Shown here: positions 41,446 through 53,200 of the stretch, one piece after another
Layout of the letters: the number at the start of each line of letters is the position of its first letter
Position numbering within the stretch: the first letter of the stretch is position 1
DNA from: Marsupella aquatica
Taxonomy: Eukaryota > Plantae > Marchantiophyta
Direction of reading: 5' to 3'
Assembly: GCA_973895155.1 (NCBI GenBank)
Contig: OZ316892.1
Span: forward strand, 30,993,802-31,057,801
DNA length: 64,000 bases
Program-made: the position numbers and the translations under genes
Notes under the pieces: model-generated
What the model was told of the DNA's origin: nothing
Seen by the model: only the letters and a program-made list of their open reading frames with translations
Databases searched by the model: none

Positions 41446-44400
41446 ACCTCAACTCCCGTCTCCGGCCAATGTCAGAACCCCAATTAATACCGAAAGGCAA
41501 GATACCGTCAATCGAAAATGATGGCCTCGTGGCTCCTGCCCATGCGAAAGCCGAAAAACCCAAACATCATCTCTTATGTCTCTTAATTACTAGCCCTATG
41601 CCTATGCTCGTGCGTTGCACGAAAGATGTCAAGGAGAGAAAAGATGTCGATGTGAGACAAAGATGGCAATATGAGAAAAACTTTACATGTCAAGGTGAAA
41701 AAAAGATGTGAAGGTGAGAAAAGGTCTTGAGGAGAGAAAATATGTCGAGGACAGTAAAGATTTTGAGGGTGAGAACAAATTGCCGTGGTGAGATAAAGAT
41801 CTCAAGGTAAGAAAAAGATGGGGAGAAGAGAAAAAGATGTGTGGAGGGTGGAGGCACAGTTGGGTGAGCCAAGGTGTATTGGGAATGCAATTAGAAGGGT
41901 GGGGATGAGGGGATTAACGGGTTTTTGGGGTATATCAAACTTTATTGTGAAGAGTGTTTTGTTTGGAGCTTGGTCTCAAAATTGTTTTTTTTGGAGCTTG
42001 ATCTCATTGGCCTTCATCGGAAAAGTCTTCCTTAAATGGTTGGAAGTTTAATATTGGAATAGCAAAAACTGGGATCTCTAATAAAGATCAAACAAATAAA
42101 AATAAGAATGAACCCAACAATCGTAAAAATGGTATGACATGCAATCTGGTGACACAGAAAAGAATGAACAATCCCTGCCTCAACAAAGAGGGGAAACAAT
42201 ATCATATAGTACCCCGAAGGGGAGGCAGTAAAACAAACCACCACTTGGCCAGCAAGAGGCCAGCGGTGGAACAAGGCGTGGAACAAGGCGCTGCAACTGA
42301 ACGATCATGCTAAGATCAAAACAGGAGTCAGAGCAGGAGAACATCCCGCCAAACTAAACTCTGATGTGATAGCTGTACTAAACAAACTCTGATGTGATAG
42401 CAGTCAGCCGATGGAAAAGAACAGGTGTCAAGTGACTCCTGACAAATGGTCTGTCAAATTGGATATAGGGGTTGATGTTGTTGAGAAAATGCTCAATGTT
42501 GTTCGGGAGGGCGACGGCCCGGGAGGGCAGGCCGGAGCGCAAGAGAGACAATGGTTTCTGGGGATGTGCTATGAGGTTTATGTGCTATGCGCGTCAACAA
42601 AAAAATTTATCTATCCAAAAATCTGTCATTGCACAAAATATGGGTATTGATATGTTGTAGACAAAGACAAACACTTGAGGGTGCAAGGTGCAAATAGGTT
42701 AGAGAGAATGAGGCACTTAATGCTAGAGCTTTGGCAAAACTTTGCCAAGATTGGCTTAGAATTTATTTATGGCAATAAATAAATTTTAACCTAGCCATTT
42801 TTTCATTACATCAAAGCTCCCTTTCTAAACATTGTTACATTTCCCAACATTATCTACTGTTGTTTTTTTCTTTTTATTCCCCTCTCTCCTCTCTTCCCCT
42901 CAAGGGCCCTCCTTCCCCTGCGCACTACCACTATCCATTCCTCTCTTGGGAAGGGTAATAACCGTAATATGTTAAAGTCTTCTGTACCTCATTGCACACT
43001 ATACAATCATCTGACATGTAAATACACTCTAGTACCTACACCCGGGCAGGGTAGGGCAGGAAATTACAATGACTCTGACATACTGTGGAGTAACTATAGT
43101 CAGGACCTAAATACTACCGTTGGTGTATTTATTCAACGCAGTCCAAACTGGACAGCCAAGGGAGGCAGGGCAAGTACTTTTGGTTTGATCCAAGGGTGAG
43201 AATAATTTGTGATTATAATGGATGGTCAGAATTTACTCCCGCCCTTTTTGCTTTCCATAAGCAGACGATCACCAAATTGTGGCGGGATTGCATACTATAG
43301 TTGTAGATTTGCCTGCACGACACGGAGACGGGAGCCGCAACAACACTGCCAACTGCACAAGGTACACGTATAGACTGAGGCTGCGCCGTCACGACTGCTC
43401 CAAACCGTTTCGTAGAAAGGACAATCGCCGATTCATCACGACATACCTCCATAATTAAGGTGGGATTACACTACCGATTGGAACAGTACGGCCTGGCGGG
43501 AGGCCCAGGAATGTGAGTATGCCACGTGGAACACTGGTCAATAAATAACAGATAATAATAATAATAATATTGAAGACCCATCAACCGCCGCCGCTTTGGA
43601 ACATTCCATTTGTAATTTTGTAGTCTGAACTCTGAAGTGCTCGATGATCAAAAGTATAATGACGCCGGAGGCAGGGAAGCGGAAGAGGAAAACCGGTGCA
43701 TGAGCACGTCATTCGATCATTCAAACTTCGAATTGTTTTTGATTGAAACACCGTTTTTGTTATGGGAAGAAGCGGCGGTAGCATGTGAAAGATTGAGTGT
43801 TTTAGAGAAGCAGATGGAAGAAATTCGAATGGCGAAGGAAGCGCTCCAACAACAGTTGGATAATCTATGTATTGCTTCCCAGTTCTTCAGAGGGGAAGAT
43901 CCGATACTCAGAACAAGAGCCATTGATGGAGTGAGCATATCATATATTATAGTCCAAGATCCGGCAGCCGAAGATCCTCAAGGAGATTTTGAAAGTACAT
44001 TCGCCGAACACGAGTTGGAGGTCGTGTATCTTTCTAATGTCTTTGCAGGAGAGTCAAACACACGGCAATTCTCAGCCACCCGGATGCCTTGTCTCATATT
44101 AACAGCTAGAATATCCGTCTGATTTCATTCACCCCTTGTGTGTCTTCCCTCCACGGCTAGTACGGAAATTACTTATGGTATTGGCATGCAGCTCACCGCT
44201 ACATCCCCAGCGCACATCGCAAACATAGCGTTTTTGCTAAGCTTTTTGCCACTCCCTACATGTTTGTTGCGGTTTTTTGGGCTGGACGACTTTTGCTGCC
44301 AATACCACAAGCATCCACGCATCTGGAGGACGTAAGGACGCGGCTGCGATCGGTGCCTTCTGCAAAAACAAACGGTCCTGTCCGAGACATGGATTGGATC

Positions 44401-44518
44401 TACACAACCTGTTGTGGATTGGAGGCCTCGGTTTTTTCTCTGCTGCACCTACGGCGAGGAGGTTTTGAGTGACATCCTGGCAATCCCTTCCACGCCCACA
44501 ACGTCACGCTTGGACTCT

Positions 44519-45496
44519 ATGGCAAGCAGTCAATCTCACGGGACACCACGGAATACATCAAACAATCCTGCGGCACCGGCAAAAAATGTAGTAGGGACGC
44601 CCGCTCCTAACACGCAACCATGCATAGAAAGGTGGATTTCTACTGCAGCCATACCTACTGTCCCGACATCGGAAGTTGTCTACATTCCGCCTGACATTTT
44701 ACAACTCGGCATTAAGAAGGTGTTCGGTAACAAGGTGGTGGTCGGCTTCGAATCTGAATTTCACTCCAGGCTGGCCCGGGAGTGGATTTCGGCCTTCAAC
44801 CAAGAAAACGAAAACAAGTTGGCACTGCACGACGAACTGGCACATGCCTTGTTTGTTGTCCAATTTGACACTAATGCAGGTGACCACATCAAGAAAAGTT
44901 TCCTCCACGCTTCCCCTTTGAAAGCTCTTGATCGGTTTGCTGTTGTGAACGACTACACGCCGAATTTCCAACCCTGCAATTCACCAGATTTCAGACACCT
45001 GGTCACGGTCTACATCAAAAATGGCAACCCTGAGATTTATGAATACATAAAATTCGTGGTGGCCCCAATCGGGCGGTTCATCCGGGCAAAGCAGGCGCCT
45101 GGCATTGAACAACACCACATCTCAGCAGTGGTTGAGACCTCTCTGAAGGTTTTCCCAGCATATGGAAAAATTCAACTCAGCAGTTCCGGCATTACTACTG
45201 TCATCTTCGACTACATTGGCAGGAATCTTCGTTGTTGTTTCTGCTTTTCCTACCGGCACTTTGCATCCAAGTGCACACAGCCTCAACCTGCTTACTTTAA
45301 GGGCCGACATTTCCAATTCAACGCCCCGGGGGACGCAGCTCGACACCCAATTGCACCAGACAATACGAACCAACAAAAGGTGAGATTGGACCAGGTGGTC
45401 TTCCACGACTACCAGGAGAAGGAGCGCAAGGCAAGGGAGGATCGAGCTGAAGAGCAACAGCAGTGGGAGAATTCGGAACTGCAACACCTTGCGCAC
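44519..45496 (+). mobile_element. L1-type LINE ORF1 (DUF4283-like + CX2CX4HX4C), interrupted by a gypsy insertion
   Basis: ALFVVQF..SFLHASPL..VNDYTPNFQP followed by FDY..RCCFCFSYRHFASKC. The ORF ends 12 nt into the LTR starting at 45497. Confidence 0.75.
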
Positions 45497-48400
45497 TGTG
45501 ATGCCTAGACAGGAATCACTCGGCCGGTTAAGTGGGTAAAGCAGGAAGGCACCCTAGGAACACCTTAGTATAGTGACAAAACAAGGAAAATATAAACAAT
45601 TAGGGGCAACCATGGAACCCGGGCAGAGGCCGGAGGTAAGGCTGAGGGTGAAAACCCGATTAGGGTTAGGGCGCGTTAAGCGTCGGCGGCTAGGAAGGAT
45701 CAACGGGAAGAAGGACCGGCAAAGGAGAGGGGTAAGGAGCGCTTGCAGGAAATAGTGGCTCATTTGCGAGCACGAACTAGGCAGACGACTACGGGAGGCC
45801 AACTACTGTCAGCTGCTTAGGCAAGCACTCGGGGAGAGAGTAGATACCGACGATCAACCTAAGGAGGGTATGAGCAACGTCAATCAAGCGGCACATTTCT
45901 GGGGATGCCTGTTCGAACGGGCAACTGAGTACATCAAGACTTACGAGGACGAGGAGTCAGAAAGGGCAGCTCGAGAACGGCAGGAGCTCGCTCGATTGTG
46001 GGAGCTGCAGAAGACGGCTTTCTTAGGAGGCGAACTCATCAAGGACGAGTTCCTGTGGACGCCTACTTCCAATCAACTCGACGATCTTCTGTTTTGCAAA
46101 GACAGCGTCGTCGGCATCCGAGAGGCCATCAAGAACTGCAATGACATACACTGGGAATTAAAGGGTAGCACGGAAAGGTGGACCCAGGCAACGGTGCTAG
46201 GAGAAACCTCCACGGCAGCAGAGATGAAGAGGAAGGGAGCCATCAACGATGAAGCCACCCCGGCAAAAAGAACGAGGTCGACGGCACCAAAGAAGCCAGC
46301 CGAGCAGCAGAGCAGGAGGCAGGGAGAAGCCGAAGAGGAGGAGGTCGATCCCATCAAGGCCATTCCAACCAGGGATGACACCTGGAAGGGTTGGGCGGCA
46401 ACCCTACCGGTGGAGGTGCAACTACATTTTGCACGGGAGGAGGATGCATGCTTTACGGCCATGCGGACCAAGAAGTACCAAGGCTTCATGGCCGGATCCG
46501 GCTTGGAGGCCTTTGTAAGATTACCATGGCTGAAGCCGGAGGTACCGGAGTCAGACCTATTAGAATTCGTGGGGTCATGGGAACCCGAGACCAATTGCAC
46601 GAGGATATATGGGAAGGATTTCTATCTTACTCCCAAGGTGATTGCCGAAGTGTTTGGCTTGCCGATGGGCAATAAGACCAAAGTTGATACCAGGAAGACC
46701 TTGCCTGACAAGGAGTTCCGGTCGTTCCCCGGGCCATCAACGAAGAATGGCTTCTTCCGGAACACCTGCACCAACCCGCACATAGGAGAGATGATCGACT
46801 TCTTGCGGGTGACCATGCATTGTAACTTGCCGAGGGCAGAGATCGGCAAGGCACAGGTCTATCTGGCAGAAAGGCCAGACCCAAGCCGGGACTACAACGG
46901 GTACCTCCTCAACCAATTGAAGAAGATCTTAAAGGAGGAGCAGCAGGTAATCGGCATGGGGAGCGTGTCGCGGCTTGGCTATCACATGCCGCTGTTGTGC
47001 CGGTATGCCAGAGGTCAGACTTTTGCCCCGGTACTTCCCCTGCAGGTAAGGGCACCCGAGGAAGCTCCAACGCCGAGGCCGTTGGCTGAGAAGCCTCAAC
47101 CACCTGTTAGTCCTACGATCGAGCAGGTGTTTAGGCCCAGGAAGGAAGACTTGCCGATGCAGCAACCAGGCATGCAGAGTCTGCTGAAACTACTGGAGAA
47201 AGAAAAGAAATCGGCATCGGCAACAACAACGGCAACGGCAACAATGCAGGACACTACTACAGAGGTAGGCCGACACCGGCTCACAAGAGAAAACCCCTTT
47301 GCTGGAGACAAGGAGAGAATCAGGCCGGAATCCAAGCCAGGTGTTCGAATGTACGTGGGAACCTCAAGCTCCGAATTTGAGGCAGAATTGCCTGAAGCTC
47401 CTACCGAGGAAGAGGAGAGGGAGAAGCTGGAAATCCAAGAGGTAGAGGAGGCAGTGGAGGACTGCAGCCATGATAATTCCGGCTATGGGTCGGACCATCA
47501 CGTTCCAGGAGTAAGGACCTGTGGCCGGTTTGTCCCCACACTTCCAAGGGTAGTGCGAGGGGACCCCAACCAGCAGAGTAGCCCTGAGTCTCCCCCACCA
47601 GATGTTGCTCCCCCGAGCTTCGACGGCATAAAACAGACGGTGCAGGAATTTCAGGAGCGAATCAAGCAGGAGGAAGAGGCCGCCCTGGCTAAGGAAAAGG
47701 ATTTACCAGGAGGAGATTGGCCGGAGGACATCAGGCGGCTAGCCGAAAAAGGAAGCAAACCTCTAGCCACGATTGAAGAGATCCGCAGGACGGCTTGGGA
47801 GCAGAGGCCACGATGGGCGATGCCGATCACTTCTACTTACTCCACCTACGCTAAGAATAGAGCCATGGAGTATGGTGAGATGTGTGGGGAACTTGCGCTC
47901 GGCATCTTTGGAGAGGAGTTGGAGGTAGGACCCTTTTTCCATAGGGAGCAGTTGGAGAAGCACCAATTAGAAGAAGCGGTGGCTTTAGAGAGAAGCAAGA
48001 AGGACGAGGTCATTCGGCGGCTTAGGAGGATGGAAGCCGAGATTGAAGATCTAAGGGCGGCCAAGAAAGCCCAAGATGAACTGCGGATTAAACGACATGA
48101 GCTGAACATCATGCAGGGGCAGTTGGACGCCGCACAGGCTGATAATCAGAATATCAAGGATAAACTGACTCAGACGCAGGAAGAATTGGCCGACACGATC
48201 AAAGAAAGGGAAAAGTGGAAGCAAGAGCTGAAGAATACAGAGGAGGCCCACATAACAACCAACAGCCGGGCCATGGCGGAGACCCAAAGAAAGGAATGGG
48301 CGTTGAAAGGGGAGCTCGAGAAAATCCACGGAGCCCTTGAGCAGAAGGAGGTCGAGTTAGGGAAATCCTATCAAGGGATTATGGCGCTGCAGCAGGAGCT

Positions 48401-50180
48401 TGCGTCCCTGACGGCCAGCTTCAAGGCCGACCTAAGGGAGAAGGACGAGATGCTCGAACAGACTTACGCCAAGATGAACCAGATGGAGTCTGTCATCATT
48501 GCAGAGCTCGACAAGGAGCTAAGAGCAACCCAGGAGGAGAAGGCTACCTTGAAGAAGGAATTGGAGGAAGCCCACAGGGAGCAGGAGGAGGCCAAAAACG
48601 AGCTGGAGGGGGCACGTAAGGACCTGGATGAAACCCAAGAGGAGTTGGAGGAAATCACGAGGAAGATGGAGAACCTACAGCGGCGGGCCGACAACCAAAC
48701 AGAGCGGCTGAAGAAACAAGCCGCAGTATTTAAATGCTTAGCTGCAGCAGGTCCATCTCCTGTTGGGACAAACCAGTTACCAGGGGTGGTAATTGCTGAA
48801 GGACAAGCCGCGCCACCTGCACCAGTGCCGGAGGTAAGTGGGAAGGGGAAGGGACCAGCTGCCGAGCCACCAACGAAGAAGAAGCGGAAACCTTCAGGGT
48901 CAAGGAGTAATACGACTTCACAGGCCGTGGTGATCAAGGAGGTAGACCCAGCACCGACCCCAGACAGGGTCACGGCTAAGGATCCAACTACCCTAGGGGA
49001 AGGGGAGGCCGAAGCCGTGGGAGTGGCTGAGGCCGAAGCCGTGGGAGTGGCTGAAGCCGAAGCCGTGGGGGTGGCTGAGGCCGAAGCCGTGGGTATTGCC
49101 GAGGCCGGTGTCGAGGCTGAAGCCGAAGGTGGACCCAGTCAGGCCGAGGGAGAGTTGACTCGGTCAAGGGCAGGTAATCTGTCAGTAGGCGGGCCAACGG
49201 CAGTGGCTGAGGAGGAAGTGTTGGGGGCGTCCATTGAGGATCCACCACCGGTGTCGTGACGGTGCAAGGGCGCCGTTCCTTTTAGGGAGGGCGGACGTGG
49301 AGGGAGGAGGCGTGAGTGGGCAGGGCGGGCACGGATCTCCACGTTTAGGATTAGGATCAGAACCAGGAGCGGCCCTGACACTTAGCTTAGTGGGATTGCG
49401 GTCCCACTGGTAGGAGCAACACTTGTGCTCCTGCCTTGCTGTACATAGGTAGATTCGGGCAAGTAGATTACTGTTAAGTAGATTAGGCTTACGATGCAAA
49501 GAATGGCGGATCCACTACCAGGATAAGTACCTGGGCAGCGGGGAGCTCAGGGCCTCTTCTTTAGCAAGTTTTTAGTTTGCACCAGCCGGGCTGGGATCAA
49601 GTAGTACGAGAAGCTCTCGGTTAGTCATACAGTGACCCTTGTGTATATTCATGTTTCCTCATGCCTAAGAGCTGAATAGAGTTGGCCTCACGGCTTAGTT
49701 CGCAGAACTTGTGTATGAGATGTACTGTTTGTATGGCAAGTGCATGGTATGACTCAGTCAGAATGAGTCATTTTGCTATTTGTGTGTCGCATTAACTTGT
49801 GTGAAGAGTGCCCACATCAACAGAAGGAAGGAAAGTAAGCAGGGGAGTGAGAGTTGGATGTGTCGAGCTGAGAGAGGTCTTAGCGGCTTAACCAAGCCTA
49901 TTGGGGATCATTCCGGCGGCGGAATCCAAACATACCTAACAAGACGGAGGGGAAGACAGGGGAAGACAGGGGAAGGCCTATATTAGGCCGGCTACGTATC
50001 TCATGACCCGATGAAGGATCTGTCCAGTATATGTGTGTAAAATGTTAATAGTAGTAGTAGAAGGTTAGCAGCGTCCCATGCCGCTAAGCCGCGGAAACGG
50101 CCTCGCCAAGCGTGAAACCCGCGGGAATCGGCTTGAGCTGGGGGGTTTCTTGGGTTTAGGGAGCCATGGGACGCACCACA
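45497..50180 (+). repeat. Putative 4.7-kb 5' LTR
   Basis: Starts TGTGATGC and ends GCACCACA (imperfect inverted repeat), 4 nt before the PBS. No PBS is visible after 45857. Confidence 0.75.
45870..49259 (+). CDS. 1129-aa accessory protein: uncharacterised N-terminus, Transposase_32/PMD-like domain, long coiled coil, acidic repeat tail
   Basis: Uninterrupted ORF with GLEAFVRLPW..LLEFVGSW..IYGKDFYLTPKVIAEVFGLP, a heptad-rich E/K/Q region and (EAEAVGVA)x4. Confidence 0.85.
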   Translation: MSNVNQAAHFWGCLFERATEYIKTYEDEESERAARERQELARLWELQKTAFLGGELIKDEFLWTPTSNQLDDLLFCKDSVVGIREAIKNCNDIHWELKGSTERWTQATVLGETSTAAEMKRKGAINDEATPAKRTRSTAPKKPAEQQSRRQGEAEEEEVDPIKAIPTRDDTWKGWAATLPVEVQLHFAREEDACFTAMRTKKYQGFMAGSGLEAFVRLPWLKPEVPESDLLEFVGSWEPETNCTRIYGKDFYLTPKVIAEVFGLPMGNKTKVDTRKTLPDKEFRSFPGPSTKNGFFRNTCTNPHIGEMIDFLRVTMHCNLPRAEIGKAQVYLAERPDPSRDYNGYLLNQLKKILKEEQQVIGMGSVSRLGYHMPLLCRYARGQTFAPVLPLQVRAPEEAPTPRPLAEKPQPPVSPTIEQVFRPRKEDLPMQQPGMQSLLKLLEKEKKSASATTTATATMQDTTTEVGRHRLTRENPFAGDKERIRPESKPGVRMYVGTSSSEFEAELPEAPTEEEEREKLEIQEVEEAVEDCSHDNSGYGSDHHVPGVRTCGRFVPTLPRVVRGDPNQQSSPESPPPDVAPPSFDGIKQTVQEFQERIKQEEEAALAKEKDLPGGDWPEDIRRLAEKGSKPLATIEEIRRTAWEQRPRWAMPITSTYSTYAKNRAMEYGEMCGELALGIFGEELEVGPFFHREQLEKHQLEEAVALERSKKDEVIRRLRRMEAEIEDLRAAKKAQDELRIKRHELNIMQGQLDAAQADNQNIKDKLTQTQEELADTIKEREKWKQELKNTEEAHITTNSRAMAETQRKEWALKGELEKIHGALEQKEVELGKSYQGIMALQQELASLTASFKADLREKDEMLEQTYAKMNQMESVIIAELDKELRATQEEKATLKKELEEAHREQEEAKNELEGARKDLDETQEELEEITRKMENLQRRADNQTERLKKQAAVFKCLAAAGPSPVGTNQLPGVVIAEGQAAPPAPVPEVSGKGKGPAAEPPTKKKRKPSGSRSNTTSQAVVIKEVDPAPTPDRVTAKDPTTLGEGEAEAVGVAEAEAVGVAEAEAVGVAEAEAVGIAEAGVEAEAEGGPSQAEGELTRSRAGNLSVGGPTAVAEEEVLGASIEDPPPVS

Positions 50181-50184
50181 TTTT

Positions 50185-50203
50185 TGGCGCTAGATGGAGG
50201 GGG
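50185..50203 (+). promoter_or_regulatory. Primer-binding site of the gypsy element
   Basis: TGGCGC-initiated segment after CA+tttt, 65 nt before the gag ATG. Confidence 0.75.
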
Positions 50204-50249
50204 CATTTCTTAAGCCGTGAGATATGAAGTTAGAACGGAAGCGTAGGTA

Positions 50250-53200
50250 ATGACTGACCTTACGCCGAGGGAAGAAAGAGTGATTCAACGGGAGAGAGCT
50301 CGACTGCAGCAGCTCGCCGGGTGGCATGATACACAGCGACTGAGAGGGGCAGAAAGAGCTGGTAGCTCCGAAACTGGAAGTGGCGTCGAAGAAGACATAC
50401 CAGAAGAAGAGTCGGTAAGGAGAAGTGAGTCTCCAACCGACATGGGGGAACCAGAGGCACGGCCAGACGAGAGGCCAGGGACCAGATTGAGCCAGCGGTC
50501 GCGCATACATTACAAGGCATTTCATGGGAGAGGAGATGAGGATCCGGACGAATGGTTGGATGATTTCGAGGGAACCGCTGCAGCAAATGGAGAATCGGCC
50601 ATCAAGATGCAGATTCTTCCCGGCCTGTTCAAGGGTGAGGCTAGGCCTTGGTACAGAGCATTAGATGTGGAAGATCAAGCCATCTGGGATATCTTCAAAA
50701 CACTCTTTGTTAAGGAGTTTCGACCCATTGGAACTTCAGAACTAGCAGTGCTGAAGTTGGGACAACTTCGGTTCAAGGAGAACAAATCCTTCAGGAAGTT
50801 CTTGCAACGCTTTCAGAAACTGGTAAGACGTACAAAGACCAATGCATCTGAAGGTATGCAACTTCAATGGTTGGTGAATGCTTTGCCACAGAAGATGAGT
50901 TTTGCAATTAGGAAGGAGAACCCGGAGACTTTAGCCGAAGCAATTAAGGATATTCAATTATACATTAATGCAGATATCACAAGCCGGAAGAAACAGCTTA
51001 AGTCTGAGAGTTCCTCATCAGAGGAGGGATCACCCCACAAGAAAAAAGATAAGAAGAAGAAACATTCCAAGAAGTCTAGAAGTGATAAGTCAAGCTCGAA
51101 TAGTGGGAGTAGCAAGAGTGAGTCATCTTCTAGTTCTGAAGAAGAAAAAAATAAAGGGAAGGTTACGAAGGAAAGGATCGACTCTTCGTCAACATCAGCA
51201 GAAGGAGAGGGAAGACGAAAGTCAAGATGGAGGCTAAGCCACCAGATAACATCGTAGCCCTTACCGAGCAACTTAAGGCTATCATTGCAGAGGTAAAACC
51301 AAAGAAGAAGGTAGTACAGGAGGATAGCTCTGTATGGTGTGCCTTATGTTATAAAACCGGACACCATAAAGATGCTTGTCCTAAGCTTAATACTAATCAT
51401 GTTCGGCATGTGGCCGAGATCAGACCATGTCAGGGAGAAGTAGAGTACTTTTTGGGAGATGCCGCTGATAGTGTTTTCGGCATCAGTGAGACTGGAGCAC
51501 GAGACCTATCCAACAGACCTGCATCTCTGTGGTCAGGGTTAAGGAACAATCCAGGAGAGATGTATCCTCGGATTATTCAGAACCCGTCAGTACCTCCTAG
51601 GCCGAATGTGCAAAGATTTGCGGCGTGCTATAATTGTGGTCAACCTGGCCATTTTGCTAGAGAATGCCCGAATGCACGCAAACAGGGTGATGGACAACCA
51701 GCTCAGCTATGTATGGGATGCCGACAGGAAGGTCATATGCTAGGGCAATGTCCTACTTGGTTGGCAGGCCTGGCCGCAAATCATAAGCTTTTGCCGATCA
51801 AGATCTTACCGCCAGGTACTACCCCCGGAGGAGTTCAAATCAACCACATCGAACTAGGATGGCAAGAGGATGCCGAGGCAGAGTTCGTACCATCTGATGA
51901 TGAGGCCGAAGCCCTATCAACCTTCTCAGAGGAGGATTTAGATCATGATTGCTACCGGGTCTCTACTCGATCTACCAGAAGGAAGGAAAGGTGGGATGGG
52001 CTGGCCAAAAATAAAGGGAAGGTTACGAAGGAAAGGATCGACTCTTCGTCAACATCAACAGAAGGAGAAGGGAGGGCTCCGGCAATACAGGTAAGCCATG
52101 AGCCCACCAGTGAAACCAATCCTTCACAAGATAGCGACTTCAATCGAGATCATCCTAAGTTGTTCTACCCCTCTGTTACGGCTAGTGTTAAGGAACAACT
52201 AAGAGAATTAGAAACCCTGGAGAATACCGAAGCCATTGCCAAGGATGTAAAACGAGCAAAAGCATTGTTTGCTTCGGAAGACCCAACAGCTGTGGAGACT
52301 AGCGTGGCAAAACTGGCCGAATCCAAGATGGAAACACCACCAGAAGAGAAGCCGATTGTTCCCTATGACCTGGCTAAAGATGTACTAGAATCTAGAGTCT
52401 CGGCAACAGTAGGTCAACTATTGAAAAATAGCCCGTACTTCCGGAAGCAATTAAGGAAGGCTATTCTCGGCAAGCCGAGATTACCCAAGGTAGCAACCAG
52501 ATCCGACGTACTAATGATAGAAGAAGATCAAGGAGCCCCAGCATTACCATTAATGATTCAAGGAGAATTATTACTACGGGTACCCATCGATGGAGGATCA
52601 GGGGTATGTATTATGATTGATTCAACAGCAAAAGGGTGGGGTCTAACACCGGAGATGACTGGAAGAGTGTTGAACATGGCCAATGGATATCAGGTCATTC
52701 CGACGGGAGTGTTAACCGGCATCAAGACAGAGATAGGAGGTATCTTCTTTAGCATTAACTATGTAGTAATGAAGCCGGTAAATCCTACGTCATTCCGGCT
52801 ATTGATTGGTAGGCCATGGCTGTACCTAGCCGAGGTAATAGAAGATTGGGGTAAAAAGCAGTTCACTTTCGGGACCCCCTCTATCACGGTATCCTGGGAC
52901 ACTAAGGATGACCGTAGGAAAAGCATAAGGGAAGTAGATGGGTACGATAGTGGACTGGAGTCAGCCGATGAAGTACGTTGGTTAGAATGCTTCACTAACC
53001 TAACCGAAGAAGGTGTCTTTGGACCAGAGGTACCCCCCAGCGGATTATGGCAAGAACCAATGGAAGGTGACTTGGAAGAAGAAGACGAAGAGGTCGAGGA
53101 CTGCTTTACAATAGAATCCACCTTTTTAGCTGCAATTCCGGAGGAAGTAAAGGATGTAGACCAATTGGATGAAACGGCTAAGTGGGGAGCAGTAGCAGGG

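Noticed and set aside
42730-42795. Two adjacent hairpins followed by CTAG as a Helitron 3' end
   Set aside because: The stems are AT-rich, CTAG is not followed by T, and no Rep/helicase is present.
43637-44122. 161-aa ORF with a short coiled coil
   Set aside because: Non-ATG start and no recognisable domain.
45554-45802. Short ORFs duplicated at 45.5 kb and 56.5 kb
   Set aside because: A consequence of LTR identity, not evidence of genes.
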